Positions 9,989 to 21,940 of a DNA stretch of 64,000 bases are shown piece by piece. Made by a program: the position numbers and the translations under genes. The number at the start of each line of letters is the position of its first letter. Position 1 is the first letter of the stretch. Below the pieces are notes generated by a model. That model searched no databases. It was not told the origin of the DNA and was given only the letters and a program-made list of their open reading frames with translations. Source of the stretch: Kofleriaceae bacterium (GTDB lineage: Bacteria; Myxococcota_A; Polyangia; Haliangiales; Haliangiaceae); contig JBKJLC010000013.1 in the NCBI GenBank assembly GCA_046597055.1, forward strand, positions 1-64,000, written 5' to 3'.

Positions 9989-11053
9989 ATGATGCCGGTC
10001 GCGATTCCTCCCGCGCTCGTGCTGGTCATCGAGGACGACGACGAGCTCCGCTTCGAGATCCAGGACGCCCTCGAGCAGCACGGCTACGAGGTCATCGCGG
10101 TCGGCGATGGCCGCGAGGGGCTTCGCCAGATGCGGTCGCGGTGTCCTGACGTGGTGGTGTTCGACCTCAAGATGCCGGGCATGAACGGCTGGGAGTTCCG
10201 CATCGAACAGCGGGTGGACCCCGCGCTGCGCCACTGCCCGGTGGTCGCGATGTCCGCCAGCACCGAGCCGAACGCGGCCGCGGTCGACGCCGACGCGTTC
10301 GTATCCAAGCCGTTCACCACGGCCGCGCTGGTCGGCGCGATCGAGCAGGTGCTCGAGCCGCCGCCCGACCGGACGGAGGATCGACCGTCCGGACGCATGA
10401 CGTCGCTGCGCACGCTCGCCGCCGGCGTCGCGCACGAGATCAACAACCCGCTGACGTACGTGCTCCTGCACCTCAATCGCCTGATTCGCCTGTTGCCGGC
10501 CGCGGACACCGGCGTCGATGCGCGCGCGCTCACGCTCATCCTCGGCGCGATCGAGGGCGTCGAGCGGATCCGGTCGGTGACCCGCGCGGTCGGGACCTTC
10601 GCCCAGGCCTCACCGGACAGCGGTCACGCGGTGGTCGACGTGCGGGGCTCGCTCGATGCGGCGCTCCGGGTCGCCGACAGCGGGATCCGCCACTGCGCTC
10701 AGCTCGACCGCACCGACGGCGCGATGCCGTTCGTCGCGGCCGCGCCGGGGTTGCTGGCGCTGGCGCTGCTCGACCTGTTGTCCGAGGTGGTCGCGGCGCT
10801 CCCCGACGGTGATCCCGACGTCGATCGGATCGGGATCACGACGGGCACCGACGCGGACGGGAACGCCGTGATCGACATCGTCGATACCCGCCGCGGGCTG
10901 GCCGGGCCCTCGCGGGGACCGCTGGTGTGCCAGGAGATCGTGCGCTCGCTGGGCGGCGAGGTCCACGTCACGACCGCGGCTGGCGCCGGCGGGTCATGCC
11001 GCGTGGTGCTGCCGGCCGCCGGGTCGGCGACGCTCAGCTCGACTCGGCCGTGA
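9989..11053 (+). CDS. hybrid receiver-histidine kinase with degenerate ATPase domain
   Basis: Receiver (IEDD, FDLKMP, SKPF) and H-box AHEINNPL; N, F and G2 boxes eroded. Confidence 0.85.
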   Translation: MMPVAIPPALVLVIEDDDELRFEIQDALEQHGYEVIAVGDGREGLRQMRSRCPDVVVFDLKMPGMNGWEFRIEQRVDPALRHCPVVAMSASTEPNAAAVDADAFVSKPFTTAALVGAIEQVLEPPPDRTEDRPSGRMTSLRTLAAGVAHEINNPLTYVLLHLNRLIRLLPAADTGVDARALTLILGAIEGVERIRSVTRAVGTFAQASPDSGHAVVDVRGSLDAALRVADSGIRHCAQLDRTDGAMPFVAAAPGLLALALLDLLSEVVAALPDGDPDVDRIGITTGTDADGNAVIDIVDTRRGLAGPSRGPLVCQEIVRSLGGEVHVTTAAGAGGSCRVVLPAAGSATLSSTRP

Positions 11054-11507
11054 GGTCCGCGAGGGGGCGCAGGTCGAGCGTGGAGCTCGCGAGGCCGCGC
11101 GCCGGGGTGGCCCGGGGCGCGCGCGGCTGCGGGTCGCCGCTGCACACGCTCGCGATGCGATCGAGCAAGGGCTTCAGCGACAGCGGCCGCGCAAAGACCG
11201 CGGCCACGGCCTCGGTCAGGTCAGGCAGCGCAGGCTCGACCCCACCGGACGGGCCGCCGAGCAGGATCACGGGAACCCGGGCCAGCCCGCGGTCGCGGTG
11301 CATCAGGTCGAGGAACCGGGTGCAGGCGCTGGTGCACGCCGCCGTGTCGAGCAAGATCAGCGAGGGCCGGGCGCCGCGAGCCCGGATCGAGCGCAGCGCC
11401 TCGTCGCAGTCGGCCACCAACGCCGCGGCGTACCCGCGCGCCTCGAGGATCGACACCAAGTGCGCGACCTCGCTGTCGGTGGCCACCACCAGGATCGACC
11501 AGGGCAT
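11034..11507 (-). CDS. atypical receiver-domain protein
   Basis: ILVV..D, PSLILLD, VPVILL, FARP; acidic pocket and Lys not conserved. Confidence 0.65.
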   Translation of the reverse strand: MPWSILVVATDSEVAHLVSILEARGYAAALVADCDEALRSIRARGARPSLILLDTAACTSACTRFLDLMHRDRGLARVPVILLGGPSGGVEPALPDLTEAVAAVFARPLSLKPLLDRIASVCSGDPQPRAPRATPARGLASSTLDLRPLADLTAESS

Positions 11508-11687
11508 CTCGAGGCGATTAATAGCAACGGACGAGCCAGGGCTTCACCCCGACAAAACTCTGTAATCTTGCCGGTAGGGAGCTTGCCGCCGTGCGCCAGC
11601 GACACACCGCGGCGTCGTCGCTCGGTGCAAGGCACCCTGATCGTTGAAGACTCGCGGATCTCGGTGCTAGGCTGCGCCGAGGTCACC

Positions 11688-12230
11688 ATGCTTCGCGTCC
11701 TGCTGGTCGAAGACGACGAGCCGCTCCGCCTGGCGCTCGCCGATGCCCTTGGCAGCTGGTACTCGGTCGAGAGCGTCGACGGCGCTCGGGCCGCACTGGC
11801 CTACCTCGAGACCGGCGCCCCCGACGTCATCATCCTCGACTTGATGATGCCGGTCATGGATGGCGCCCAGTTCATGGCGGCCTATCAGGCGCGGGGCGGC
11901 GGCGGCCCGGTGATCCTCATCTCCGCGAGCTTCGAACGCCGGAACACCTGGCGGGCCCTCGGCGTGGCCGAGTATCTCCAGAAGCCGTTCTTCGTCGGCG
12001 AGCTGGTCGACTGCGTGCGCAAGGTGACCCGGCGTGGGCCCACCGGTGCACCGAGCGCCGACGGCGGGCTCAGCCCGGCCGGCGATCCCGATGACGTCAC
12101 CGGTGCGCGCAGCGCGCGCCGGCCACATCCGCACCCCTTGGCGCCCACGTCGCCCCGCCTGGCGCACATGCCGGTCACATCGGCTCTGGCACTCATGAAT
12201 TTCGATCGCTTGCGCTTCCGTTCGTCCTGA
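11688..12230 (+). CDS. response regulator (single receiver domain)
   Basis: LLVEDD, ILDLMMPVMDG, ISAS, YLQKPF; the tail runs into the repeat. Confidence 0.88.
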   Translation: MLRVLLVEDDEPLRLALADALGSWYSVESVDGARAALAYLETGAPDVIILDLMMPVMDGAQFMAAYQARGGGGPVILISASFERRNTWRALGVAEYLQKPFFVGELVDCVRKVTRRGPTGAPSADGGLSPAGDPDDVTGARSARRPHPHPLAPTSPRLAHMPVTSALALMNFDRLRFRSS

Positions 12231-12458
12231 GTGCAGCCCGGGCGCGAAGCGGCGGGCGTCGTCGAAGGACGGCCTGGGGCCCGACGGGCGTCTTCAGGAT
12301 CCCGCACGACTTCCCGAGCGAAGGGCTCATCACGAGCCCGCAGTCGGACGGCCCGCCCGACGAGGCTTCCACCTTGGGCGTCTGCCCTTCGACTTCGCGC
12401 TCCGCGCTGCGCTCAGGGACACCGGGCAAGGGGCCAACTGGGCTCCGGACGAACGGAC
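12198..12458. repeat. REPIN-like inverted pair of palindromic units
   Basis: 12198-12272 is nearly identical to 49561-49633; forward unit CCCTTCGAC...GCTCAGGGACACCGGG at 12385-12426. Confidence 0.8.
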
Positions 12459-12513
12459 AAGGGGCCGTCGCACGAGACGCATCTCTGCCCGCCTCCGGTG
12501 GCGGCGCCGCCGT

Positions 12514-13596
12514 TCAGCGGGCGGGGAAGACCATCGCGACGCGGGTGCCGCCGCCCGGCGCGGCGCCGGCGGTCACGCTGCCGCCGTGGGCGGTGACGAT
12601 GCCCTTGACGATCGGCAGGCCGAGGCCGCCGCCGCCCCGGCGCGGCCGACCTTCCCAGTAGCGCTCGAACCCGTGGAGCGCGGTCTCGGCCGGCATGCCA
12701 GGGCCGTGGTCGCGCACCGCGAGCTCGACGCCCTCGGCGGTGGCGGTCGCGCTCAGCTCGACCTGGGGCGTTGGCCGACCGTGGCGCAGCGAGTTCTGGA
12801 TCAGGTGGGCCAGCGCCTGGAGCAAGCGGTCGCGGTCGGCTTCGATGCGATCGATCCCATCGGGGATCGCGATCACGACGACCTGGGACTTGGCCTGGGT
12901 CGCGACCCGCTCGTGATCGCGGGCCGACTGCTCGAGCAGCTCGCGGACACGGATGGGCCGGCGCTCGACGGTGAACTTGCCGGCATCCATCAGACTGGCA
13001 TCCAGGAGATCGCGAATGAGACGGTCAGCGCGCTGGACCGAGCGCTGGATCGCGTCGAGGTAGCGCGTGCGCTCGGGCGCGCCGACGTCGACCTCGCGCA
13101 GGCCGTCGGCGGCGACGTGGATCGAGCTGAGCGGGCCGCGCAGGTCGTGCGACACCAGCGCCAGCATGTCCTCGCCGCGACGCACCGACTGCTCGGCGCG
13201 CCGCTCGGCCCGCGACGCACGGATCGCGAGGAGGACCCGGCGGCCCAGGGTGGGCGAGGCCAGATCGGCGCGGGCGAGGACGTCGGTCGCACCGGCGGCG
13301 AGCAGCGCCACCGCGGTCGCGTCGTCGTCGCTGGCGGCCACGCACAGGACCGCGGCGCGGATCCCGGCCGCACACAAGGTCGCCGGCGGCTCGGTGTCGC
13401 CGGGACGGCCATCGATCACGACCGCGTCGTGCTCGCCGGCGCGGGCGGCGTCGATCACGTCGAGGTGGGGCTCGATGTCCGTGAGCAACACGTGGCGCCC
13501 CGGCACGGTCAGGTACTGGCGGATCGCGGCGCGATCATCGGCGTTGCCGACCGCGATCAGCACGCGGAGCAGCTCTTGGGTGCTGGTTCTGCTCAT
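12514..13596 (-). CDS. hybrid sensor histidine kinase (degenerate receiver + HisKA + HATPase)
   Basis: VSHDLRGPL, LIQNSLRH, DHGPGM, GGGGLGL. Confidence 0.9.
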   Translation of the reverse strand: MSRTSTQELLRVLIAVGNADDRAAIRQYLTVPGRHVLLTDIEPHLDVIDAARAGEHDAVVIDGRPGDTEPPATLCAAGIRAAVLCVAASDDDATAVALLAAGATDVLARADLASPTLGRRVLLAIRASRAERRAEQSVRRGEDMLALVSHDLRGPLSSIHVAADGLREVDVGAPERTRYLDAIQRSVQRADRLIRDLLDASLMDAGKFTVERRPIRVRELLEQSARDHERVATQAKSQVVVIAIPDGIDRIEADRDRLLQALAHLIQNSLRHGRPTPQVELSATATAEGVELAVRDHGPGMPAETALHGFERYWEGRPRRGGGGLGLPIVKGIVTAHGGSVTAGAAPGGGTRVAMVFPAR

Positions 13597-13736
13597 GGCA
13601 TCTCGACCATAGTCCAGTATCGGTGCAGTGCCTTCATCAGCTCGACAAAGGATCCGAAGGTGACGGGTTTGAGGAGGTAGCCGGCGACGTTGAGCCGGAA
13701 GGCCTCGATTCGATCGCGCTCGTCGTTCGAGGTGGT
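13593..13736 (-). pseudogene. 3' remnant of Rcp1-like response regulator
   Basis: Frame absent from the ORF track reads TTSNDERDRIEAFRLNVAGYLLKPVTFGSFVELMKALHRYWTMVEMP*. ATGA-coupled to the next gene; N-terminal half missing. Confidence 0.8.
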
Positions 13737-13842
13737 GACGCCGGTGGTGATGCTGACCGGGCCAGCACCACCACCGCGAGCACCGACAGCGCGCCCGACG
13801 CGGCGATGACCAGGCCGTGATCGAGGAACCGAGTCGACATCG

Positions 13843-14418
13843 TCACCCGCCGATGGCTGACGCCTCGGACGGCTCGCGCCGCCGGCCGGCGTCGACGTGG
13901 CTCTCGAGGAACCACAGATCGAGCTCGGCCCCCTGCAGCACCTCGGCGAGCACGTCGGCGGTGATCGGGTCGGACGGCGACGCGATCGTGACCAGGTGGC
14001 GGAGCGCGATGACGTAGGTCAGGTAGCGGGCGGCGAGGCCCGCGTAGGGCTCCGTAACGTCGATGGCGGCCGACTCGTACTCCGGGGGCAGGGTGCCGGC
14101 CGCGGCCGCCGCCCGCACGCTGCCGCGGGCGTAGCCACCCAGGGTGCCGCAGCGGACCGCGAGCAGGTCGCACCAGGCCACCAGGTTGGCGGCGAGCCGG
14201 TCGAACAGCTCGTGGCGGGTGACCAGCTGCGGTGACCTGATCGAGAAGTGAGTGCGCTCGACCTGGCCGTGGAGATCGACCGTGGCGGCAATGGCGTCGC
14301 TGAGCACGGCGGCGAGCTGCGCGCGCACGTTGGGCGTGACCGCGACGCGGCTGCTGGGAAACCGCATGTCCGGCTCGCGGACGATGCGGGGAGTGCGTTG
14401 CAAGCGAGATCCGGTCAT
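13843..14418 (-). CDS. dps: Dps-like ferritin family protein (divergent)
   Basis: HFSI..HELFD..DLLAVR..LGG..G, DPITAD, LWFLESH. Confidence 0.8.
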   Translation of the reverse strand: MTGSRLQRTPRIVREPDMRFPSSRVAVTPNVRAQLAAVLSDAIAATVDLHGQVERTHFSIRSPQLVTRHELFDRLAANLVAWCDLLAVRCGTLGGYARGSVRAAAAAGTLPPEYESAAIDVTEPYAGLAARYLTYVIALRHLVTIASPSDPITADVLAEVLQGAELDLWFLESHVDAGRRREPSEASAIGG

Positions 14419-14428
14419 GGTGGCTCCG

Positions 14429-15454
14429 TCAGGTGGGTGCGAACGCTGGGGCGTCGCGGTGCTCGAGCAGGCGGGCGGCCCAGTCGAGGTCGGGGTGCTG
14501 CTCGAGCACGAGCTTGAGGACCATCGTCAGTGGCACCGCGAGGAGTGCACCTACCGGGCCAAGCACGAAGCCCCACAGCGTCAGGGCCAGCAGGACCACC
14601 AGCGGCGACAGGCCGACCACACGACCGAGCACGCGCGGCTCGATGACCCCGCCGAGGACGACGTTGATGACGAGGAAGCCGACGCCGGTGACGACGGCGG
14701 CGCCGGCCCCCATCGTGAGCGCGGCGGCGGCCACCGGTGGCACCGCGGCAGCGAGCGGACCGAGCACCGGCACGAAGTTGAGGATGAAGGTCAGGCTGGC
14801 CCACAGCGTCGGCGAGTCGAGCCCGAGCGCGAAGGTCATCACGCCCACCGCCGCCGCCTTGGCCGCGCTGGTGAGCATCTTGATGAACAGGTAGCGCTGC
14901 ATGTCGGTCAGGGCGTTGATGGTCCGCTCGGCCTCGGCCGACCGGGTGCTGAAGCCGAACGCCCGGCGCAGGCGGGTCGAGAACGTCGGCGCCTCGAGCT
15001 GGATGAAGACCGTCAGCAGCAGCACCATCAGCAGGGTGGCCAGGAGCCCGCCCATCAGCTCGACCGAGCCGGCGAGCGCCCGGCCCGCCCAGGCCTCGAC
15101 GTCCAGCCGGGCCAGCTGCCCGGCCGGTCCCGCCAGCGAGCGCTCGCTGAGCCAGCGGACCGCCTCGTGTCGAGTCTGCTCGAGCTCGACCCGGTACTGC
15201 GGGACCGCGGCGATCGCCTGGCCGAGCACGGTCGCGGCAAGCAGCCCCAGCAGCGCCAGCACCACCGTCACCACCACGATCGTCACCAGCGAGGTCACCC
15301 CCACCGGCCAGCCGTGGGCGGACACCCGGCGCGAGACCGGCTGGAAGGCGATCGCGATGCACGCAGCCACCAGCAGCGGCACCACCACGCCGGCGGCGAG
15401 GTGCAGCGCGGCGAGGACCACGACGATCGCGGCGGTGGCGGCGACGGCGTTCAC
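14429..15454 (-). CDS. AI-2E family transporter
   Basis: LNFVPVLG, IEPRVLGRVVGLSPLVVLL..WG..LGPVGALLAVPL. Confidence 0.93.
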   Translation of the reverse strand: MNAVAATAAIVVVLAALHLAAGVVVPLLVAACIAIAFQPVSRRVSAHGWPVGVTSLVTIVVVTVVLALLGLLAATVLGQAIAAVPQYRVELEQTRHEAVRWLSERSLAGPAGQLARLDVEAWAGRALAGSVELMGGLLATLLMVLLLTVFIQLEAPTFSTRLRRAFGFSTRSAEAERTINALTDMQRYLFIKMLTSAAKAAAVGVMTFALGLDSPTLWASLTFILNFVPVLGPLAAAVPPVAAAALTMGAGAAVVTGVGFLVINVVLGGVIEPRVLGRVVGLSPLVVLLALTLWGFVLGPVGALLAVPLTMVLKLVLEQHPDLDWAARLLEHRDAPAFAPT

Positions 15455-15461
15455 GTCAGAA

Positions 15462-15623
15462 TCAGGACGAGCGACGGTTGAACAAGAACGACGCGGCCGC
15501 GAGGACCAGCGCGACGATGAAGACGATCTTGGCGGCGCCGGCCGCGGTGGCGGCGATGCCGGTGAAGCCGAACACGGCGGCGATCAGCGCGATCACGAAG
15601 AAGACGATGGCCCATTCGAACAT
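15462..15623 (-). CDS. DUF1328 (YtjA/UPF0391) small membrane protein
   Basis: [41 protein letters not shown]. Confidence 0.93.
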   Translation of the reverse strand: MFEWAIVFFVIALIAAVFGFTGIAATAAGAAKIVFIVALVLAAASFLFNRRSS

Positions 15624-15797
15624 GGCGGACTCCTGGCTGGTCGTTCCGCCTTCTTCACATGTCGTGCCTTGTTCACGGCCCGGGAAATTCCGCGTGTGGA
15701 CCGCAGATCCAGGCCGGGCGTGCGTGCGGGCAGGCCCGTTGAGGCGCCACCGCACGGGGTGCGTCGTGACCGCTCTCGGGACCCGCCCACCCGCGCG

Positions 15798-15813
15798 CGG
15801 CACAGCGCGTGCT
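15798..15813 (+). promoter_or_regulatory. sigma54-like promoter (CGGCACAGCGCGTGCT)
   Basis: GG-N10-GC just upstream of the ATG at 15829. Confidence 0.55.
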
Positions 15814-15828
15814 TTGTTCGGCGTCACC

Positions 15829-16959
15829 ATGCGACCGCTGTTGGCCGTTGCCGCGCTGCTGGTCGTGCTGTTCGCGGCACGGATCGCGTCGCCGGTCATC
15901 GGTCCACTCCTGCTCGCCGGCGTGCTCGCGATCGCGTTCGACCCCATGACCACGGCGTTGACCCGGCGCGGGGTCCCGCGCTGGGGCGCCGCGCTGGCCA
16001 CCACCACCGCGATCCTCGCGGTCGTGATCGGCATCTCGTTCATCGTGATCCAGGCCGCCAGCGAGCTGGTCGATCATCTCCCGACCTACGGGCCGCGCGT
16101 CACGGCGCTGCAGGACGGCATGCGCGAGTGGCTGGTGGCGCAGGGCTTCGAGCGCACCGCCACCTCGATGGCCGACGTCGACGCGGCCGGCCGGCTCAAG
16201 GGCCTGGCCGAGCCCGCGCTGATGACGTCGATCGGCGTGGTCCAGACGCTCATCATCGTGGTCATCACGGTCGCCTTCATCCAGATCGACGCGCCCGGCG
16301 TGCGCGACGCGATCCGGCGCAAGTTCCGGTCGCGGACCCGGGTCGCCGAGCTCGATCACGCGATCGACGAGATCCAGCGCTACGTGATCGTGAAGGGCCT
16401 CATCTCGGGGGCCAACGGCCTGCTGCTCGGCCTGTGGTGCTGGCTGTGGGGCGTCGACGCGCCGGTGCTGTGGGGGGTGATCGCGTTCGCGCTCAACTTC
16501 GTACCGATCGTCGGCAGCCTGGTGTCGGCGGCGCCGCCCGTGCTGCTCACGCTCCTGGTCGCCGGGCCCGGCCCTGCGCTCGGGGTCGCGTCGGGATACA
16601 TCGCGGTCAACCTGGTGGTCGACAACATCATCGAGCCGCGGGTCATGGGTCGGGCCTGCGGGGTCTCGCCGCTGGTGATCCTGCTCGCGATGCTGTTCTG
16701 GGGCTTCGTGCTCGGGCCGATCGGCGCGCTGTTGTCGGTGCCCCTGGTGGTGGCGGTGAAGGCGATGGTCTCGGCGTCGCCGGAGCACCGCTGGATCGTG
16801 GCGTTCCTCGAGGACGTGCCGGCGCCGGCGCGCGCCACCGCGCTCGTCCGCCGCGACGACTCGTGCATCAGCATGCCGCTGCCGGCGCCCGCCCCTGCTG
16901 CCGAGCCGGTCGCCGGGCCGGTCGCCGTGATCGAGCAGCCGACCCCGGCGACGCGCTGA
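15829..16959 (+). CDS. AI-2E family transporter
   Basis: [41 protein letters not shown]. Confidence 0.93.
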   Translation: MRPLLAVAALLVVLFAARIASPVIGPLLLAGVLAIAFDPMTTALTRRGVPRWGAALATTTAILAVVIGISFIVIQAASELVDHLPTYGPRVTALQDGMREWLVAQGFERTATSMADVDAAGRLKGLAEPALMTSIGVVQTLIIVVITVAFIQIDAPGVRDAIRRKFRSRTRVAELDHAIDEIQRYVIVKGLISGANGLLLGLWCWLWGVDAPVLWGVIAFALNFVPIVGSLVSAAPPVLLTLLVAGPGPALGVASGYIAVNLVVDNIIEPRVMGRACGVSPLVILLAMLFWGFVLGPIGALLSVPLVVAVKAMVSASPEHRWIVAFLEDVPAPARATALVRRDDSCISMPLPAPAPAAEPVAGPVAVIEQPTPATR

Positions 16960-16971
16960 CCGCGGCCGCGG

Positions 16972-18330
<1,359 letters not shown>

Positions 18331-18419
18331 GGGGCCGACCCTAGCACCGCTGCCAGCACCGTGCAGCAACCGAGGGCCCCGTTGCGCGGCGACGGCAGCG
18401 CCGTTTGTCGGGGGACCGG

Positions 18420-18884
18420 TCAGGCTGCGGGCGCCAGCGACCGGACCAGCGCGAGCGCCTCCTTGACGTGGCGGTGGACCTGGATCTGGGAGTCGAAGCG
18501 GTGGCGGATCTTGCCGGTGGTGTCGATCACGAACGTGACCCGGCCCTGGATCAGCCCGAACGTCTTCTTCACGGCGAACGCCTTGGCCGCGACGCCGTCG
18601 GGGTCGGTCAGCAGGCGGAAGGGCAGCCGATGGTTGGCCTTGAACTTCGCGTGCGACTCGGCCGAGTCGCGCGACACGCCGATCACGTCGGCGCCGGCGC
18701 CGACGAAGTCCTCGTACTGATCGCGGAACGAGCAGGCCTCCGCGGTGCAGCCCGCGGTCTCGTCCTTGGGATAGAAGTAGAGGACCAGCGTGCGTGCGCT
18801 GAACAGGTCGCGCAGGCGGACGGGGCCCTCGGGGCCGGTGAAGGTGACATCGGGGACCTGGTCACCGGGCTGCGCGTCGGACAT
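18420..18884 (-). CDS. bcp: peroxiredoxin (BCP/PrxQ)
   Basis: LYFYPKDETAGCTAEACSFRD. Confidence 0.95.
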   Translation of the reverse strand: MSDAQPGDQVPDVTFTGPEGPVRLRDLFSARTLVLYFYPKDETAGCTAEACSFRDQYEDFVGAGADVIGVSRDSAESHAKFKANHRLPFRLLTDPDGVAAKAFAVKKTFGLIQGRVTFVIDTTGKIRHRFDSQIQVHRHVKEALALVRSLAPAA

Positions 18885-18956
18885 GCCGCTACGATGCCGC
18901 ACGGGGGCGCCGCCGTCACCCGTGAGCGCGCGTCGTCGTGCTAGAACCGCCCGCGG

Positions 18957-20429
<1,473 letters not shown>

Positions 20430-20432
20430 CGG

Positions 20433-21296
20433 CTACGAGACGACCTTGATGGTCGTGATGCCGCGCAGCTCACCGCCGATCTCCCAGGTGTCGCCCTTCT
20501 TGCGGAACACCCGGAACCGGATCACGCCGGACTTGTTGAGCTTGATGTAGAGGATGGTCCGGGCCGGGTCGAAGTCGGCGCCCTCGAGCCGCAGCGACGC
20601 GCCCTCGCTGTCGCTCAGCTGGATCACCTTGGCGTCGGCGATGCCGGCCGCCTTCATCACGTCGAGAAAGCTCCAGCCCGGCGTCTCGGTGTCGCCGACC
20701 GGCGCGGTCACCGACGGCAGCGGCGCCAGCTTGTCGCCGGTGAACGTGGTGGTACCGGCCCGGGTCTCGATCGTGATCTTGAGGTCGGCGGTCGGCTCGG
20801 GCCGGGTCCCGTCGCCCTGGCCGCCACCGCTGCCGTGCTCGTGCTCGCCGCTGGCGGCGCCGCCGCCGGTTGCCTTGGTCCGGATCGTCACCTTGCTGAC
20901 GCGCGCGACCGGCGCATCGAGCTGGCGCGGGTTGGCGGGCAGCACGAAGCCGAAGCTCGCGCCCGGCTCCGCGAACCCGAGCGCGGGCGTCTGGCCGGGG
21001 TGGTTGGTCGCCGGCGTCAGGGTGGTGTGCACCTTGTCGGCCGCGTCGATCACCTCGATCGCGAGCCACTTGTCGAGCGGCGGGGCGGTCGGGGCCAGCG
21101 CGGCCAGCGGCTGCGGGGTCGCGTCGAGGGTGACCTCGCTCGCGACCTGCTGGTCGTCGACGAAGATCGCGACCGCGACCTTGCGTGGCGTGGCCACGAC
21201 CGAGCCGGTGCCACCGCCGGTGTTGTCCTGCTTCTTGCACGCGGGAACGGTGAGGGCGGTGGCCAGCGCCAGCCCGACGACAAGACGGCGCAACAT
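20433..21296 (-). CDS. hypothetical lipoprotein (possible molybdopterin-oxidoreductase-like fold)
   Basis: Lipobox VPAC; two beta-rich domains joined by a His/Gly linker. Confidence 0.7.
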   Translation of the reverse strand: MLRRLVVGLALATALTVPACKKQDNTGGGTGSVVATPRKVAVAIFVDDQQVASEVTLDATPQPLAALAPTAPPLDKWLAIEVIDAADKVHTTLTPATNHPGQTPALGFAEPGASFGFVLPANPRQLDAPVARVSKVTIRTKATGGGAASGEHEHGSGGGQGDGTRPEPTADLKITIETRAGTTTFTGDKLAPLPSVTAPVGDTETPGWSFLDVMKAAGIADAKVIQLSDSEGASLRLEGADFDPARTILYIKLNKSGVIRFRVFRKKGDTWEIGGELRGITTIKVVS

Positions 21297-21306
21297 GCGC
21301 GAGATC

Positions 21307-21876
21307 CTACTCGATCCAGCGCACCGGCGAGAGCCGCGACGCCTCGGCGATCGCCTCGCGCGGCATGCGCACGCGCACCGCGGTTCGCCCGCTCCAGACC
21401 ACGCGGCCGCCGCGCCAGGTCACCCACGCGCCGACCGCGGCGACCTCGGCCGCGGTCGCGTCCGCGAACAGATCGATGCGCGCCTCGGGCAGCTCGGTCG
21501 CCCGGTCGTGCAGGAGCGACCGGCGATCGGCCGGCTGCAGGATCGCGATCCCGAGCACCCCGGGGCGGGCCGCCAGCGCGTCGCGCGCCGCGGCCGACAG
21601 CCGCACGACGTAGCCGTCGTCGCCCATGATGTCGTCGGTGACGCCGAGCTCGGCGCGCAGGGCGGTGCGCACCGCGTCGTCCGCCGCGAGCCGCACCACG
21701 TAGGCGCCGCGGTCGTCGGGCGCGTAGCGCAGGATCGGCTCGGGGTACGCGAACAGCGGCACCGGCGCGCCCGCGACCGCCACGACCGTCCACGGGTCGG
21801 GTGGCGCCGGGGGTGGCGTCGGCGCGGCGCCGCACGCGAGGGTCAGCAAGAGGGACAGCACGGCCGGCGTTCGCAC
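21307..21876 (-). CDS. hypothetical lipoprotein resembling a subtilase pro-domain
   Basis: Lipobox TLAC; YVVRL twice; ends SRLSPVRWIE*. Confidence 0.6.
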   Translation of the reverse strand: MRTPAVLSLLLTLACGAAPTPPPAPPDPWTVVAVAGAPVPLFAYPEPILRYAPDDRGAYVVRLAADDAVRTALRAELGVTDDIMGDDGYVVRLSAAARDALAARPGVLGIAILQPADRRSLLHDRATELPEARIDLFADATAAEVAAVGAWVTWRGGRVVWSGRTAVRVRMPREAIAEASRLSPVRWIE

Positions 21877-21940
21877 CCGCGCATCATAGGGCCCGCGAAT
21901 GGCTTGCGTGCGCGACGAGCGCGCCAGTAAGTTCCGCCGG

